DNA of 22,775 nucleotides from Octopus sinensis (GCF_006345805.1 NW_021836755.1:1-22775), one strand, 5' to 3'. Shown: positions 10,995 through 20,226, counted from the first letter of the stretch. Notes: generated from the letters alone by a model not told the origin. Numbers and translations: made by a program.

Positions 10995-10999
<5 letters not shown>
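10622..10999 (+). mobile_element. Family-B SINE as a head-to-tail dimer (10622-10816 with an internal deletion; 10817-10999 lacking the A-box head)
   Basis: gtatttcgtctgccgttacgtt.tgagttcaaattccgcc...cctttcggggtcgat...cttaatccctttgtctgt...gtttagcccc occurs twice. B-box GAGTTCAAATTCC. Confidence 0.85.
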
Positions 11000-11046
<47 letters not shown>

Positions 11047-11154
11047 GTAAAATTAAATAATAAGGGTAGAAATTGATATTAATCAAATAAAACCAGTGAC
11101 TTAGTATATTTAAAAAATCCGAAGATAAAAAATTTTGTTACATACAAAATTAAG

Positions 11155-11347
11155 AGGAATGACCACTAACGTGGACACCTTGTATGCTAAACATAGACGT
11201 GAAATCGTCATTACTACGAAGAATGTGTTCTCAAGAAAAAAAACTCAGTAAAACGCCAACATTTTTCTTGAGAACTCATTCTTCGTGGTAATGACGATTT
11301 GACGTCTATGTTTATCATACAGGGTGTCCAATTTAGTGGTCATTCCT
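11155..11347. repeat. Long inverted repeat with 86-bp arms (11155-11240 and 11262-11347) and a 21-nt spacer
   Basis: The reverse complement of the right arm matches the left arm with 7 mismatches and no gaps (manual count). Confidence 0.9.
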
Positions 11348-11693
11348 ATCAATTTTATATATATATATATAATATATATAGCGCTTAGGCATAGTGATGG
11401 CAATAACCAGGTGTTAGAACTTAATATAGTTATGGTTCAGAAAAAGCAGTCGAGTACAGACTATCATAAGACATTATATAAATGACAAAGGAACAGGAAT
11501 TTATGTAAAGAGTTTCAATAGATTACGGCTGTTTCTGCTATGGGACGCAATGCACCCCTATTTGAGTACGGATGTAACACATGAAGACTCCGAGCTTTCA
11601 GGCTCCTGCGAAGGTACAGCGTGATACTTAAGCTTTCTATTATAGGTGAATTGCTTATGCAAGCTTATGTAAATATGTATGTATGTAAACAGG

Positions 11694-11926
11694 TATGTCT
11701 TTACTACCCACATGGGGCTAAACACAGAGGGAACAAACACGGACAGACAAACGAATTAAGTCGATTACATCGACTCCAGTGCGTAACTGGTATTTAATTT
11801 ATCGACCCCGAAAGGATGAAAGGTAAAGTCGACCTCGGCGGAAATTGAACTCAGAACGTAACGGCAGACGAAATACGGCTTCGCATTTCGCCCAGCGTGC
11901 TAACGTTTCTGCTAGCTCACCGTCTT
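11694..11926 (-). mobile_element. Family-B SINE, full-length monomer
   Basis: Reverse complement aagacggtgagctagcagaaacgttagcacgctgggcgaaatgcgaagccgtatttcgtctgccgttacgttctgagttc..., highly similar to 10622-10999. Confidence 0.85.
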
Positions 11927-12592
11927 GTATGTATGTACGTTTGCTTAGCCAAAAACATAACCATGATTCTTAAATTAAACATGTATTTGTTCAAGTGTGG
12001 AGAGTCATTTTGTCGTAGGAATAAAATAGTAAAAGACGCTACGGTAGTATAATGTCTACAACAAGAACATCGTCGGATGGATATATATGAGCGTATGTAT
12101 ATATTCAGACATAGTATAAACGGATACGAAAATAACCAGAAACACATCCACAAATATACCATATTCAAGATATTTATGATGGTTCTGATACACCTTCTCT
12201 CAGATTCATATAAGTCTTTGTGTATATACGTTTCTTAGTATGTCTGTAAGCATACATACATATGTATGTAGATATATATATATTCATATATGCATACCTA
12301 TGCACAAACGCGATGTTTAGTTATTACATAGCTATAAATACGAAACATATCAAATATATATATATACATATGTTATATGTTTATATATATATTTGCGTGT
12401 ATATATATATATAATTTATATATTTAAATTTATGTATGTACATGTAATTTCATATATATATATATATCATACATATGAATATACACACTTTTATGTGTTT
12501 ACACAAGCATGTACATACAATGTCATCGTTATGTGTCTCCTTATCTATATGGAAACTACTAGTCATTTAATCACTCAAGCTTAGTTTACTAA

Positions 12593-12634
<42 letters not shown>

Positions 12635-12950
12635 GTATATGTGTCTGTATGTATGTATGTATATGAGGAAAAGAGATAATATAAATAAAGAAGTGTTTGG
12701 TTGCACAAGGAGAATTTATTATCTTACGTTACTTGCAATAAAAACATTTCCCCGATTCGCTGTTTTATCTCATGTTGACCGGATAAATAGGTTAAAGAAT
12801 GCTATACGAAGACTGATATGGACAGCCAAGTCTGATATCTAGAAATGAATAGTGATAAATTCGATCGAAATATAACTGATGCTTTCTTTTCTCTGCTTGT
12901 TAGAGTATGGTTAGCTTTAGCTTTATGCCAAGATATTACATAGTTGTACG

Positions 12951-13180
12951 AAGGTGGAGGGCTAGTAGGATTGTTAGAGAGATGGGTGAAAAGCTCAGTG
13001 TCGTTCATTTCTTCCGGCTCTTTACGGTCTGGGTTCAAATAACACCGAAGTCGACTTTGCCCCTTTGTTTTTTTTCCTTTCGACGTTGATGAAATATATA
13101 TCAGCGGAACAGTGGGGTCGATGTAGCTGACTAATATCCTCTCTTGATATTGCTGAACTTGTTTCAAAATTATGAAAACT
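12951..13180 (+). mobile_element. Family-B-related SINE, diverged
   Basis: aaggtggagggctagtaggattgttag...gggttcaaat...gtcgactttgcc...ggggtcgatgta. Confidence 0.6.
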
Positions 13181-13213
13181 TATCAGATGGTTGTATTGCT
13201 AATTTTTCAACAG

Positions 13214-13263
13214 AGAAAGCATCACAGAGCACTGAAATTGGAAAGTTTATGTTCCAAGTTAAG
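13214..13263 (+). CDS. Candidate internal exon (phase 1-0) KASQSTEIGKFMFQVK
   Basis: gctaatttttcaacag|AG...AAG|gtactt, with a branch-like CTAAT and an open frame. Phase-compatible with 15685. Confidence 0.33.
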
Positions 13264-13773
13264 GTACTTACAATGTTTGATTACGTATGAAAAATTGGTC
13301 CTAAAAATCACCCCCGGTCCTCTATGCGAAGCTGTTCTTGCATTAGTCTTTATACACTAAAATCTCGTTTCTGAAAATATGGGCCGATGAAAGTGGTCAC
13401 CATCTAATGTTCCCGTGTGTCTTTTATGCCGTCAAACACGGTTGTTGTTACATAATACTTTGCTTATCATTTTAAATATATACAGACTTTGCCAAAATTA
13501 TGGAGCAGCTATGAAAAATTATAGAGAATATGGTTGAAACTTAATAATTGAAAAAGAGTATAATAAACATTCTAGAGTCTATGCCATCAATGCTTAGCAA
13601 TTGATGTGCCCTCATTTTGCTTTTATAACTACTTTAATGCGTTTTGGCAGAAGGAGGACACAGTAAATATCAATTATTGACTGGATGAACTCTAGAATAT
13701 TTATTACACTGATTTCGATTAATAACTAAATGAGTTTAAATCAGATTCTCTGTTTTGTCATACCTGCTTTATA

Positions 13774-13792
13774 ATTCTGAGATTTAATTATG

Positions 13793-13867
<75 letters not shown>

Positions 13868-13886
13868 CATAATTAAATCTCAGAAT
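13774..13886. repeat. Palindrome: perfect 23-bp inverted arms around a 67-bp (TA)n core
   Basis: attctgagatttaattatgctta (13774-13796) and taagcataattaaatctcagaat (13864-13886) are exact reverse complements. Confidence 0.9.
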
Positions 13887-13947
13887 GAGATTGAAACAGT
13901 AATTGCTCGATAATGTAAAGTATAGAAGCCATCTTATCATGGCTAAC

Positions 13948-13990
<43 letters not shown>

Positions 13991-13998
<8 letters not shown>

Positions 13999-14480
13999 GT
14001 TGTATACTGTCAATCTAACAATAACGTGACAGTAGGGGGTACACCACCGTTGTATAGCCCTAGGAGGCATCGAACGCCTCCTGATAGCTTCGAGACATTT
14101 TTTCCCTGTGTCCTTATATACATATACGAAGGGGAGACAAACACCCCCGGCCGCCGGAACTGCATCTAGGGACACCGTGTTTCAGGAACATTGTCCTTCA
14201 TCGGCCTAGAGTAGCAGACACCGGTCAGCTGGTGATATTTGCCTCGACTTCATAATTGTATATATGTATATTCAGTGAAGTTTATTCACTGATTATCAAA
14301 ATAAGAAATATTGAATTTCTAAATCTCTCGTAGAGACATGTACGGTGGTGGGGCGATAGAATGGTTGTATACTGTCAATCTAACAAGAACGTGACAGTAG
14401 GGGGTACACCACCGTTGTATAGCCCTAGGATACATCGAACGCCTCCTGATAGCTACTTCCACACAGCCACTCCTGCGTCT
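13991..14480 (-). mobile_element. Hammerhead-bearing 365-bp unit with a 99-bp terminal direct repeat, capped by a family-A SINE head fragment
   Basis: 13991-14089 and 14356-14454 are 96/99 identical (manual count). The hammerhead lies between them. 14451-14480 reads gacgcaggagtggctgtgtggaagtagct on the minus strand. Confidence 0.6.
14165..14210 (-). ncRNA. Type I hammerhead motif with U4>C core change
   Basis: UCUAGG-CCGAUGA-AGGAC-AAU-GUUCCU-GAAA-CACGGUG-UC^-CCUAGA. Helix I is 6 bp, helix III is the near-palindrome ACAC-G-GUGU, and the cleavage triplet is GUC (14171/14170). Confidence 0.65.
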
Positions 14481-14759
14481 ATATATATATATATATATAT
14501 ATATGGCCATCAGTATGCTCCTGTAATGACGATGCCTTATTCCCATCCAAATGGTTCTCAGCTAGCTTTTACTGACCAGCTCCTTGAATGCCTTCACTCA
14601 AATTTCAATTTAATCAATGAATTGTTCTGAAATTGTGATATAAGATATATAAGCACAAATTAAAATTAATAAATAGAGTATATTTATTTGTTTTAATTTT
14701 AAACTACAAAATTAAAATATATAAATAAAGTCTATTTATATTTTCTCTTTTATAGTTTA

Positions 14760-15087
14760 TATGTTTCGGTCTCTGGATCGCAGCTATGTTTTGGAACCAC
14801 TTTAAAGCATTTAGTTGAATAAGTCGATCAACTTATCATTTATGTAAATCTGATACTTATTCTATTAGTCACTGTTTGTTGAACCGATATGCAAAAAAAG
14901 GAATAAAGACACCGACAACAGTTGTCAAACGGTGAGGCGATAAACGCATAATTATGTCTATATATATGTATGTGTGTGCGTGCGTGAGTGTGTGTGTGTG
15001 TGTCTATGTGTGTATCACTGGCAGTGCCCCAGCACACCACAACCTCAGGGCTGAAACATATGTGTGTCTGTGTGTGTATATATATGT

Positions 15088-15126
<39 letters not shown>

Positions 15127-15292
15127 GATATATATATATCAACGAAGGTCTTCCACCATCTATCTACCAAATTTTGGTTAGCCAGCACGGTGTTATAGTA
15201 AAGGACACTTGTCCATGTCGACATGCTGTAGGATTGAGCCTGAATCCACCTGGATTAACAGCGATCACTTTAACGACACGGCCATGCTTGCA
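14760..15292 (-). mobile_element. Old, diverged family-A-related SINE
   Basis: Tail-like sequence at 14760-14935 and head/core-like sequence at 15140-15292 (ttatagtaaaggacacttgtcc...cacggccatgcttgc), separated by microsatellite. Confidence 0.5.
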
Positions 15293-15684
15293 TTTATAAT
15301 ATATTTTTTATTATAAATCTTACATTTAATCTATGCAGTATTATTTATATAAATGTATATATATATATGTATATCTGTGTGCTTGTATATGTATATGTGT
15401 GTATGTATATATGTGTGTGCGTATATGCATATATATGTGCGTATGCGTATATATATGTGTGTATGTGCGTAGATATGCGTAAACATGCAGAAACACGGAA
15501 TTAAGAGGGTCACTTTGTAGAAAATGCGTTACATATAAGTAATTAGTGAGACTGTGTGTTGACGAGTGTTACGTTAAATTGAGCGAAGCTGATAGGAAAA
15601 AGGGAAAGAATATAGAAAAAAATGGCGACCTCGTTCAATTTGACGTGTCCGACTATTGTTGCACTTAAAGTCTTTCTTTGACAG

Positions 15685-15731
15685 CATGATGTTCGACTAG
15701 CAATCATATGGTTTTTGAAAGAATCAATCAG
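15685..15731 (+). CDS. Candidate internal exon (phase 0-2) HDVRLAIIWFLKESI
   Basis: cttaaagtctttctttgacag|CAT...CAG|gtaatc, with strong acceptor and donor. Phase-compatible with both neighbours. Confidence 0.38.
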
Positions 15732-15829
15732 GTAATCGATTCGATATATGGTTTATGGTCTAGTATGTTCATCGATCGATACAGTCTACAAGACGGCAAT
15801 TTGATCATTTTTGTGTTCGGTGTTCTCGT

Positions 15830-16006
15830 AGCCAAGGCTGTGGGGTTAAGGCGCTCGTTGGTAACCGCGAGGTTTTGAGTTCTACTTGACACCTTAGACT
15901 AGTGTCTTCTACTACCGACTCGGGCTCATCAACGGCTTGTGAGTGAATTTGGTAGTCGGAAATTTTGGAAGCTCGTCCTTTATACAGATTTACATGTATG
16001 TGTGTG

Positions 16007-16052
<46 letters not shown>

Positions 16053-16084
16053 ATATTATATATATTATATATATATATATATTA

Positions 16085-16115
<31 letters not shown>

Positions 16116-16355
16116 GTGTGTGTGTGTATGAATGGGTACGCGTCATTGTATCTATGTTTCTCACACCACTGCTTCACAACTGGTGTTTGTTTGTCCAGTC
16201 ATGTAATCTAGCGGTTCGGCAGAAATAACCGATAGAATAAGTACAAAGCTTTATAAAAGAAAGCAACCACTGAGATAGATTTGTTTGACTAAAACACTTT
16301 CAAGCTGTCATTATGAGCGTAGTCCAATGACTAAGACAAATAAAAGATGAAAAAT
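15830..16355 (+). mobile_element. Family-A-related SINE, diverged, with expanded internal (TA)n
   Basis: ggctgtggggttaaggcgctc...gagttc...gtgtcttctactac...ttgtgagtgaatttggtag, then ...gtaatctagcggttcggcagaaataaccgatagaataagtac...aataaaagatg. Confidence 0.65.
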
Positions 16356-16651
16356 TTAGTAACTTAAAGGGCAGTTTTGAGAATTTAAAAAGAAAATCCG
16401 ATTCGCTATTATCGATTAGGTCTATGTTTACATGTATTCCAGCTGTTGAAGTGAATAATGTATGAGTACATTTTCCCACGAGCATTTCTATTTTCGATTC
16501 AGTACGATTAGAAATTTGGTTCCTTTTACTCTAGATTTGAGCCACCATTTAGCTGCCCCTTCGTTGGCCCGCAGGTTAGCGTTAGAATCTGGACGATATT
16601 ATTTACATTATTTACATTTGACGGATATTTGTCTTCATCTTGTTTGTTGTT

Positions 16652-16697
16652 AACACAACGTTTCAGCTGATATAGCCTCCAGCCTTCATCAGGTGTC
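16652..16697 (-). ncRNA. Minimal type I hammerhead ribozyme motif
   Basis: GACAC-CUGAUGA-A-GGCUG-GAGGCUAUAU-CAGCU-GAAA-CGUU^-GUGUU. Core intact, helix I 5 bp, helix II 5 bp closed by a G-U pair, ACGU palindrome. Cleavage predicted at 16657/16656. Confidence 0.8.
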
Positions 16698-16760
16698 TTG
16701 GGGAAATTTCGAACCTGCGTTCTCATTCCTAAGGTATTTATCGATGTTGCTGTTGTTGCT

Positions 16761-16948
16761 ATCATCATCATCATCATCATCGTCATCGTGATCATCGTCA
16801 TCGTCATCATCGTCATCGTCGTCATCGTCATCATCGTCATCATCATCGTCATCGTCATCATCGTCGTCATTTTTCTTCTTCTTCTTCTTCTTTCTTCTTC
16901 TTCTTCTTCTTCTTCTTCTCCTTCTTCTTCTTCTTCTTCTTCTTCTTC
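16761..16948. repeat. Compound trinucleotide microsatellite (ATC/GTC)n-(TTC)n
   Basis: Read directly from the sequence. Confidence 0.95.
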
Positions 16949-17024
16949 ATGTCACTGCCTGGAATGGAACTAGGAATCTTGACGTTAGTAGCCCGCGCCC
17001 TTAAGCACTACGCCATATGCCCGC

Positions 17025-17086
17025 GGACATAGTGCTTCAGAGCGCAGGCTACTAACCCCAAGGTTCCGAGTTCGATTGGAACAGTC
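17025..17086 (+). mobile_element. Inverted second copy of the tRNA-derived head (A-box partly deleted)
   Basis: tagtgcttcagagcgcaggctactaaccccaaggttccgagttcgatt aligns with the reverse complement of 16951-17022. B-box GAGTTCGATT. Confidence 0.7.
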
Positions 17087-17109
17087 ATTTCAATGAGGAG
17101 GCATGATTT

Positions 17110-17230
17110 TTGTCTGAAGATTTTCATCCCGTTCGTCCTTGATAGCTGACCAGAGGGGTCGGTGTAATCGACTGGCCCCGCTTCTCACAAATTTCAGACC
17201 TTCAGCTAACAGTAGAAAACATTATTACAC
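17110..17230 (+). mobile_element. Family-B-related SINE 3' fragment
   Basis: tttcatccc...ggggtcggtgtaatcgact...caaatttcag...agtagaaaacattatta. Confidence 0.5.
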
Positions 17231-18138
17231 TGCTAACTGGAATACTACTGTTAATAATCATAATTATAGAAAAGAGGGTGATAGTAATGATTTCAATGTA
17301 TTATTCCCATGAAACTAGCTAGAAGCAATGCAATGAACAAGAAATAACAACGTAAATATATATAGAAAGCGTTTGAAAAGATAACAAAAAGTAGAGATAA
17401 TACCAGCAGATACAATTTTCTTGATAATATCAATGTCAGTAACTTAGGACCAATCGTAAGGACCTAAAGAACTTCGATTACCCTGATGAGATAGTGTAAG
17501 AGCTTTCTACAGGCGCATACATCGGTCTACTGGCGCATAGTTCAAGCACACCTCTTCACTTATAAATCAATTTTCAACAACTATAACTATACTTTATGTT
17601 ATGTACATCAAAGGCCCAATACGCAGAGGACAGCAGATGACGAACTACACAATCTATAGTAATTAGGTGATTTCAATAAGGATAAATTAGAACCCAAAGC
17701 GACAATAACAATAACAATGGTTTATAAACATATGATGTAAACAAGACAAAACCCACTAGTTTAAAAGGATGCACCCTAAATAATGTCCCATATTTTTTGC
17801 AACGGCAAACGACAGAAGCAAATCAATTTACGCAGCTCGAGTTTTAACAAGAAAATTTCCTCTATTTAAGGCAGTTTGTCTTCTTAGTAATTCCCAGAGT
17901 GTGAATTGTATGTACGAGAATTATTCAACAAGCAATTTTTCTCGAACCACAGATACATACGTAGTTACATACATACACATAAACATGTTTACACACACAC
18001 ACACACATACATATATATATATACACTTAACTATTTATATATATGCCAACTATATATATATATATATATATATACACACTGGTATATAAGTATCACTATA
18101 TATCATATATACAAGCATATGTATATATATGTACGTAA

Positions 18139-18174
<36 letters not shown>

Positions 18175-18210
18175 ATATATATATATAGATATATATATAT
18201 ATTATATATA

Positions 18211-18266
<56 letters not shown>

Positions 18267-18376
18267 GATATATATATATACACGCATACTCACATATACA
18301 TACATACATACACGAACGAAACGTCTACGAAAGTCTCTGCTTCAGATTTTATTTTATTCCTTATTGTATTTTCAAG

Positions 18377-18488
18377 AAACTGGCAAAATGCATATTTAAG
18401 GATGACAGACAAAATGTCGTTTATCGAAAGACAATATGTCATCTGTGAATGCCAATATGTCTTCCGTAACTTCTCCGAATTGACGTAG
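18377..18488 (+). CDS. Candidate exon (phase 2 start) R-NWQNAYLRMTDKMSFIERQYVICECQYVFRNFSELT*
   Basis: Long pyrimidine tract attttattttattccttattgtattttcaag| followed by a frame that continues from 15731. It may end at TAG 18488 or at an earlier donor. Confidence 0.33.
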
Positions 18489-18632
18489 AGCTGATTGACT
18501 TGAATGCAGCTTCTGTCAAGTAATGTTCTAAGTACACAGACAAAGTGATGCGAACGTACAACGAAATGGAAGTAAAAGTACACTTGTGTGGATATTTAAG
18601 TCATGCACAGAAGTGTTTTGAGTCTGCATGCG

Positions 18633-18912
18633 TGTATGTATGTATGCATGTATGTATGTATGTGTGTATGTATGTATGTGTGTATGTATGTATGTGTGTA
18701 TGTATGTATGTATGTATGTATGTATGTATGTATGTGTGTATGTGTGTATGTATGTATGTATGTATGTATGTATGTATGTATGTATGTATGCATGTATGTA
18801 TGTATGTATGTATGTATGTATGTATGCATGTATGTATGTATGTATGTATGTATGTATGTATGTATGTATGTATGTATGTATGTATGTATGCATGTATGTA
18901 TGTAAGTATGTA
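18633..18912. repeat. (ATGT)n tetranucleotide microsatellite, about 280 bp
   Basis: Read directly from the sequence. Confidence 0.95.
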
Positions 18913-19063
18913 TCTATCTACATATTTATCTATCAGCCTGTCTGGTTGTCTTTTCGCTTGTCTCTAACTCCTTTCACTTTTTTCTCTCTCTCTCTCTCTC
19001 TATCTCTGATTGTACACACACACACACACCACATACACACACACACACACGTATGTATATATA

Positions 19064-19462
19064 TTCTTTTACTCATTTACTTGTTTCAGTCATTTGATTG
19101 TGGCCATGTTGGAGCACCGCCTTTAGTCGAGCAAATCGACGCGAGGACTTATACTTTGGAAGTAAGGTACTTATTCTATCGGTTTCTTTTGCCGAACCGC
19201 TAAGTTACGGGGACGTAAACGCACCAGCATCGGTTGTCAAGCGATGTTGGGGGGGGGGCAAACACATACAAACAAACACACACACACATACATATATATA
19301 TATACATATAAACGTCGGGCTTCTTTCAGTTTTCGTCTACCAAATCCACTCACAAGGCTTTGGTCGGCCCGAGGCTATAGTAGAAGACACTTGCCCAAGG
19401 TGTCACGCAGTGGGAATGAATCCGGAACAATGTGGTTGGTAAGCAAGCTTCTTACCACACAT
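19064..19462 (-). mobile_element. Family-A SINE, near full length and well preserved
   Basis: gtgtggtaagaagcttgcttaccaaccacattgttccggattcattcccactgcgtgacaccttgggcaagtgtcttctactatagcc through to the tail gaaacaagtaaatgagtaaaaga. Confidence 0.9.
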
Positions 19463-19475
19463 ACACACATACTCC

Positions 19476-19715
19476 TTTATTCTTTTATTCTTGTACTTCT
19501 TTCAGTCACTTGACTGCGGGCATGCTGGAGCACTAGTTTGAAAGTTTAAAGTCGAACAAATCGAAGCTCAGGACTTATTTTAAAGCCTAGTACTTATAGC
19601 AGCGATCTCTTTTGCCGAACCGTTAAGATAAGAAAACGTAAGCACACCAACACCCGTTGTCAAGAAGTGATGGGGTGACAGACACAAAAACACACACACA
19701 CATACATATATACAG
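19476..19715 (-). mobile_element. Family-A SINE 3' half
   Basis: tcagtcacttgactgcgggcatgctggagcac...ttttgccgaaccgttaag...gttgtcaag. Confidence 0.75.
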
Positions 19716-19775
19716 ACGTACAAGGTGGATGTTTTACACCCCATTGAAGGAGTGTTTTCCTTCGTTTCTTGCAAG

Positions 19776-19826
<51 letters not shown>

Positions 19827-19854
19827 ATATATACTATATATATATATATATGTA

Positions 19855-20020
19855 TAGGTACAGGCGTGGGTGTGAGTTAATAGATTTGTTTTCCAGCCTC
19901 GTGGTTCTGGGTTGAGTGCAACTGCGTTGCACCATAGAAAAATCTCTTGTAAAATAGCTTCTGGCCAATCAAAGCCTTATGAGTGGATTAATAGATGGAA
20001 ACTGAAGATATCCCATCGTA
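19855..20020 (+). mobile_element. Family-A SINE 5' half (diverged)
   Basis: caggcgtgggtgtgag...ggttctgggttgagt...caaagccttatgagtggatt...ggaaactgaag. Confidence 0.65.
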
Positions 20021-20045
20021 CGCACACACATATATGCATATATAT

Positions 20046-20089
20046 TTATCTGTCTATCTATCTATCTATTATTATATCTATCTATATAA

Positions 20090-20157
<68 letters not shown>

Positions 20158-20181
20158 CTCTCTCTCTCTCTCTCTCTTTCT

Positions 20182-20226
<45 letters not shown>

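Larger units (their letters stand above)
16599..17022 (-). mobile_element. Composite element: tRNA-derived Pol III head, (GAA)n/(GAY)n linker, PLE pseudo-LTR-like hammerhead segment
   Basis: Minus strand reads gggcatatggcgtagtgcttaagggcgcgggctactaacgtcaagattcctagttccattccaggcagtgac, then trinucleotide repeats, then ...aagacacctgatgaaggctggaggctatatcagctgaaacgttgtgtt...aatgtaaataatgtaaata. That the parts form one unit is inferred. Confidence 0.55.

Noticed and set aside
11520-11565. gattacggctgtttctgctatggg, an antisense GAAACAGCCGUA resembling a PLE hammerhead 3' half
   Set aside because: No recognisable CUGANGA box or helix I; too decayed to call.
12172-12210. Antisense ctgagagaaggtgtatcagaaccatc, hammerhead-like
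   Set aside because: Both core boxes are altered and the helices do not pair convincingly.
16761-16948. Regular repeats as a CRISPR-like array
   Set aside because: Simple trinucleotide tracts with no unique spacers, in a eukaryotic context.
16951-17022. Possible functional tRNA gene
   Set aside because: The acceptor and T stems do not close. It is a tRNA-derived element head.
17480-17560. cctgatgag and a possible antisense gtgaagagg...tagaaagc
   Set aside because: No complete core with paired helices on either strand.
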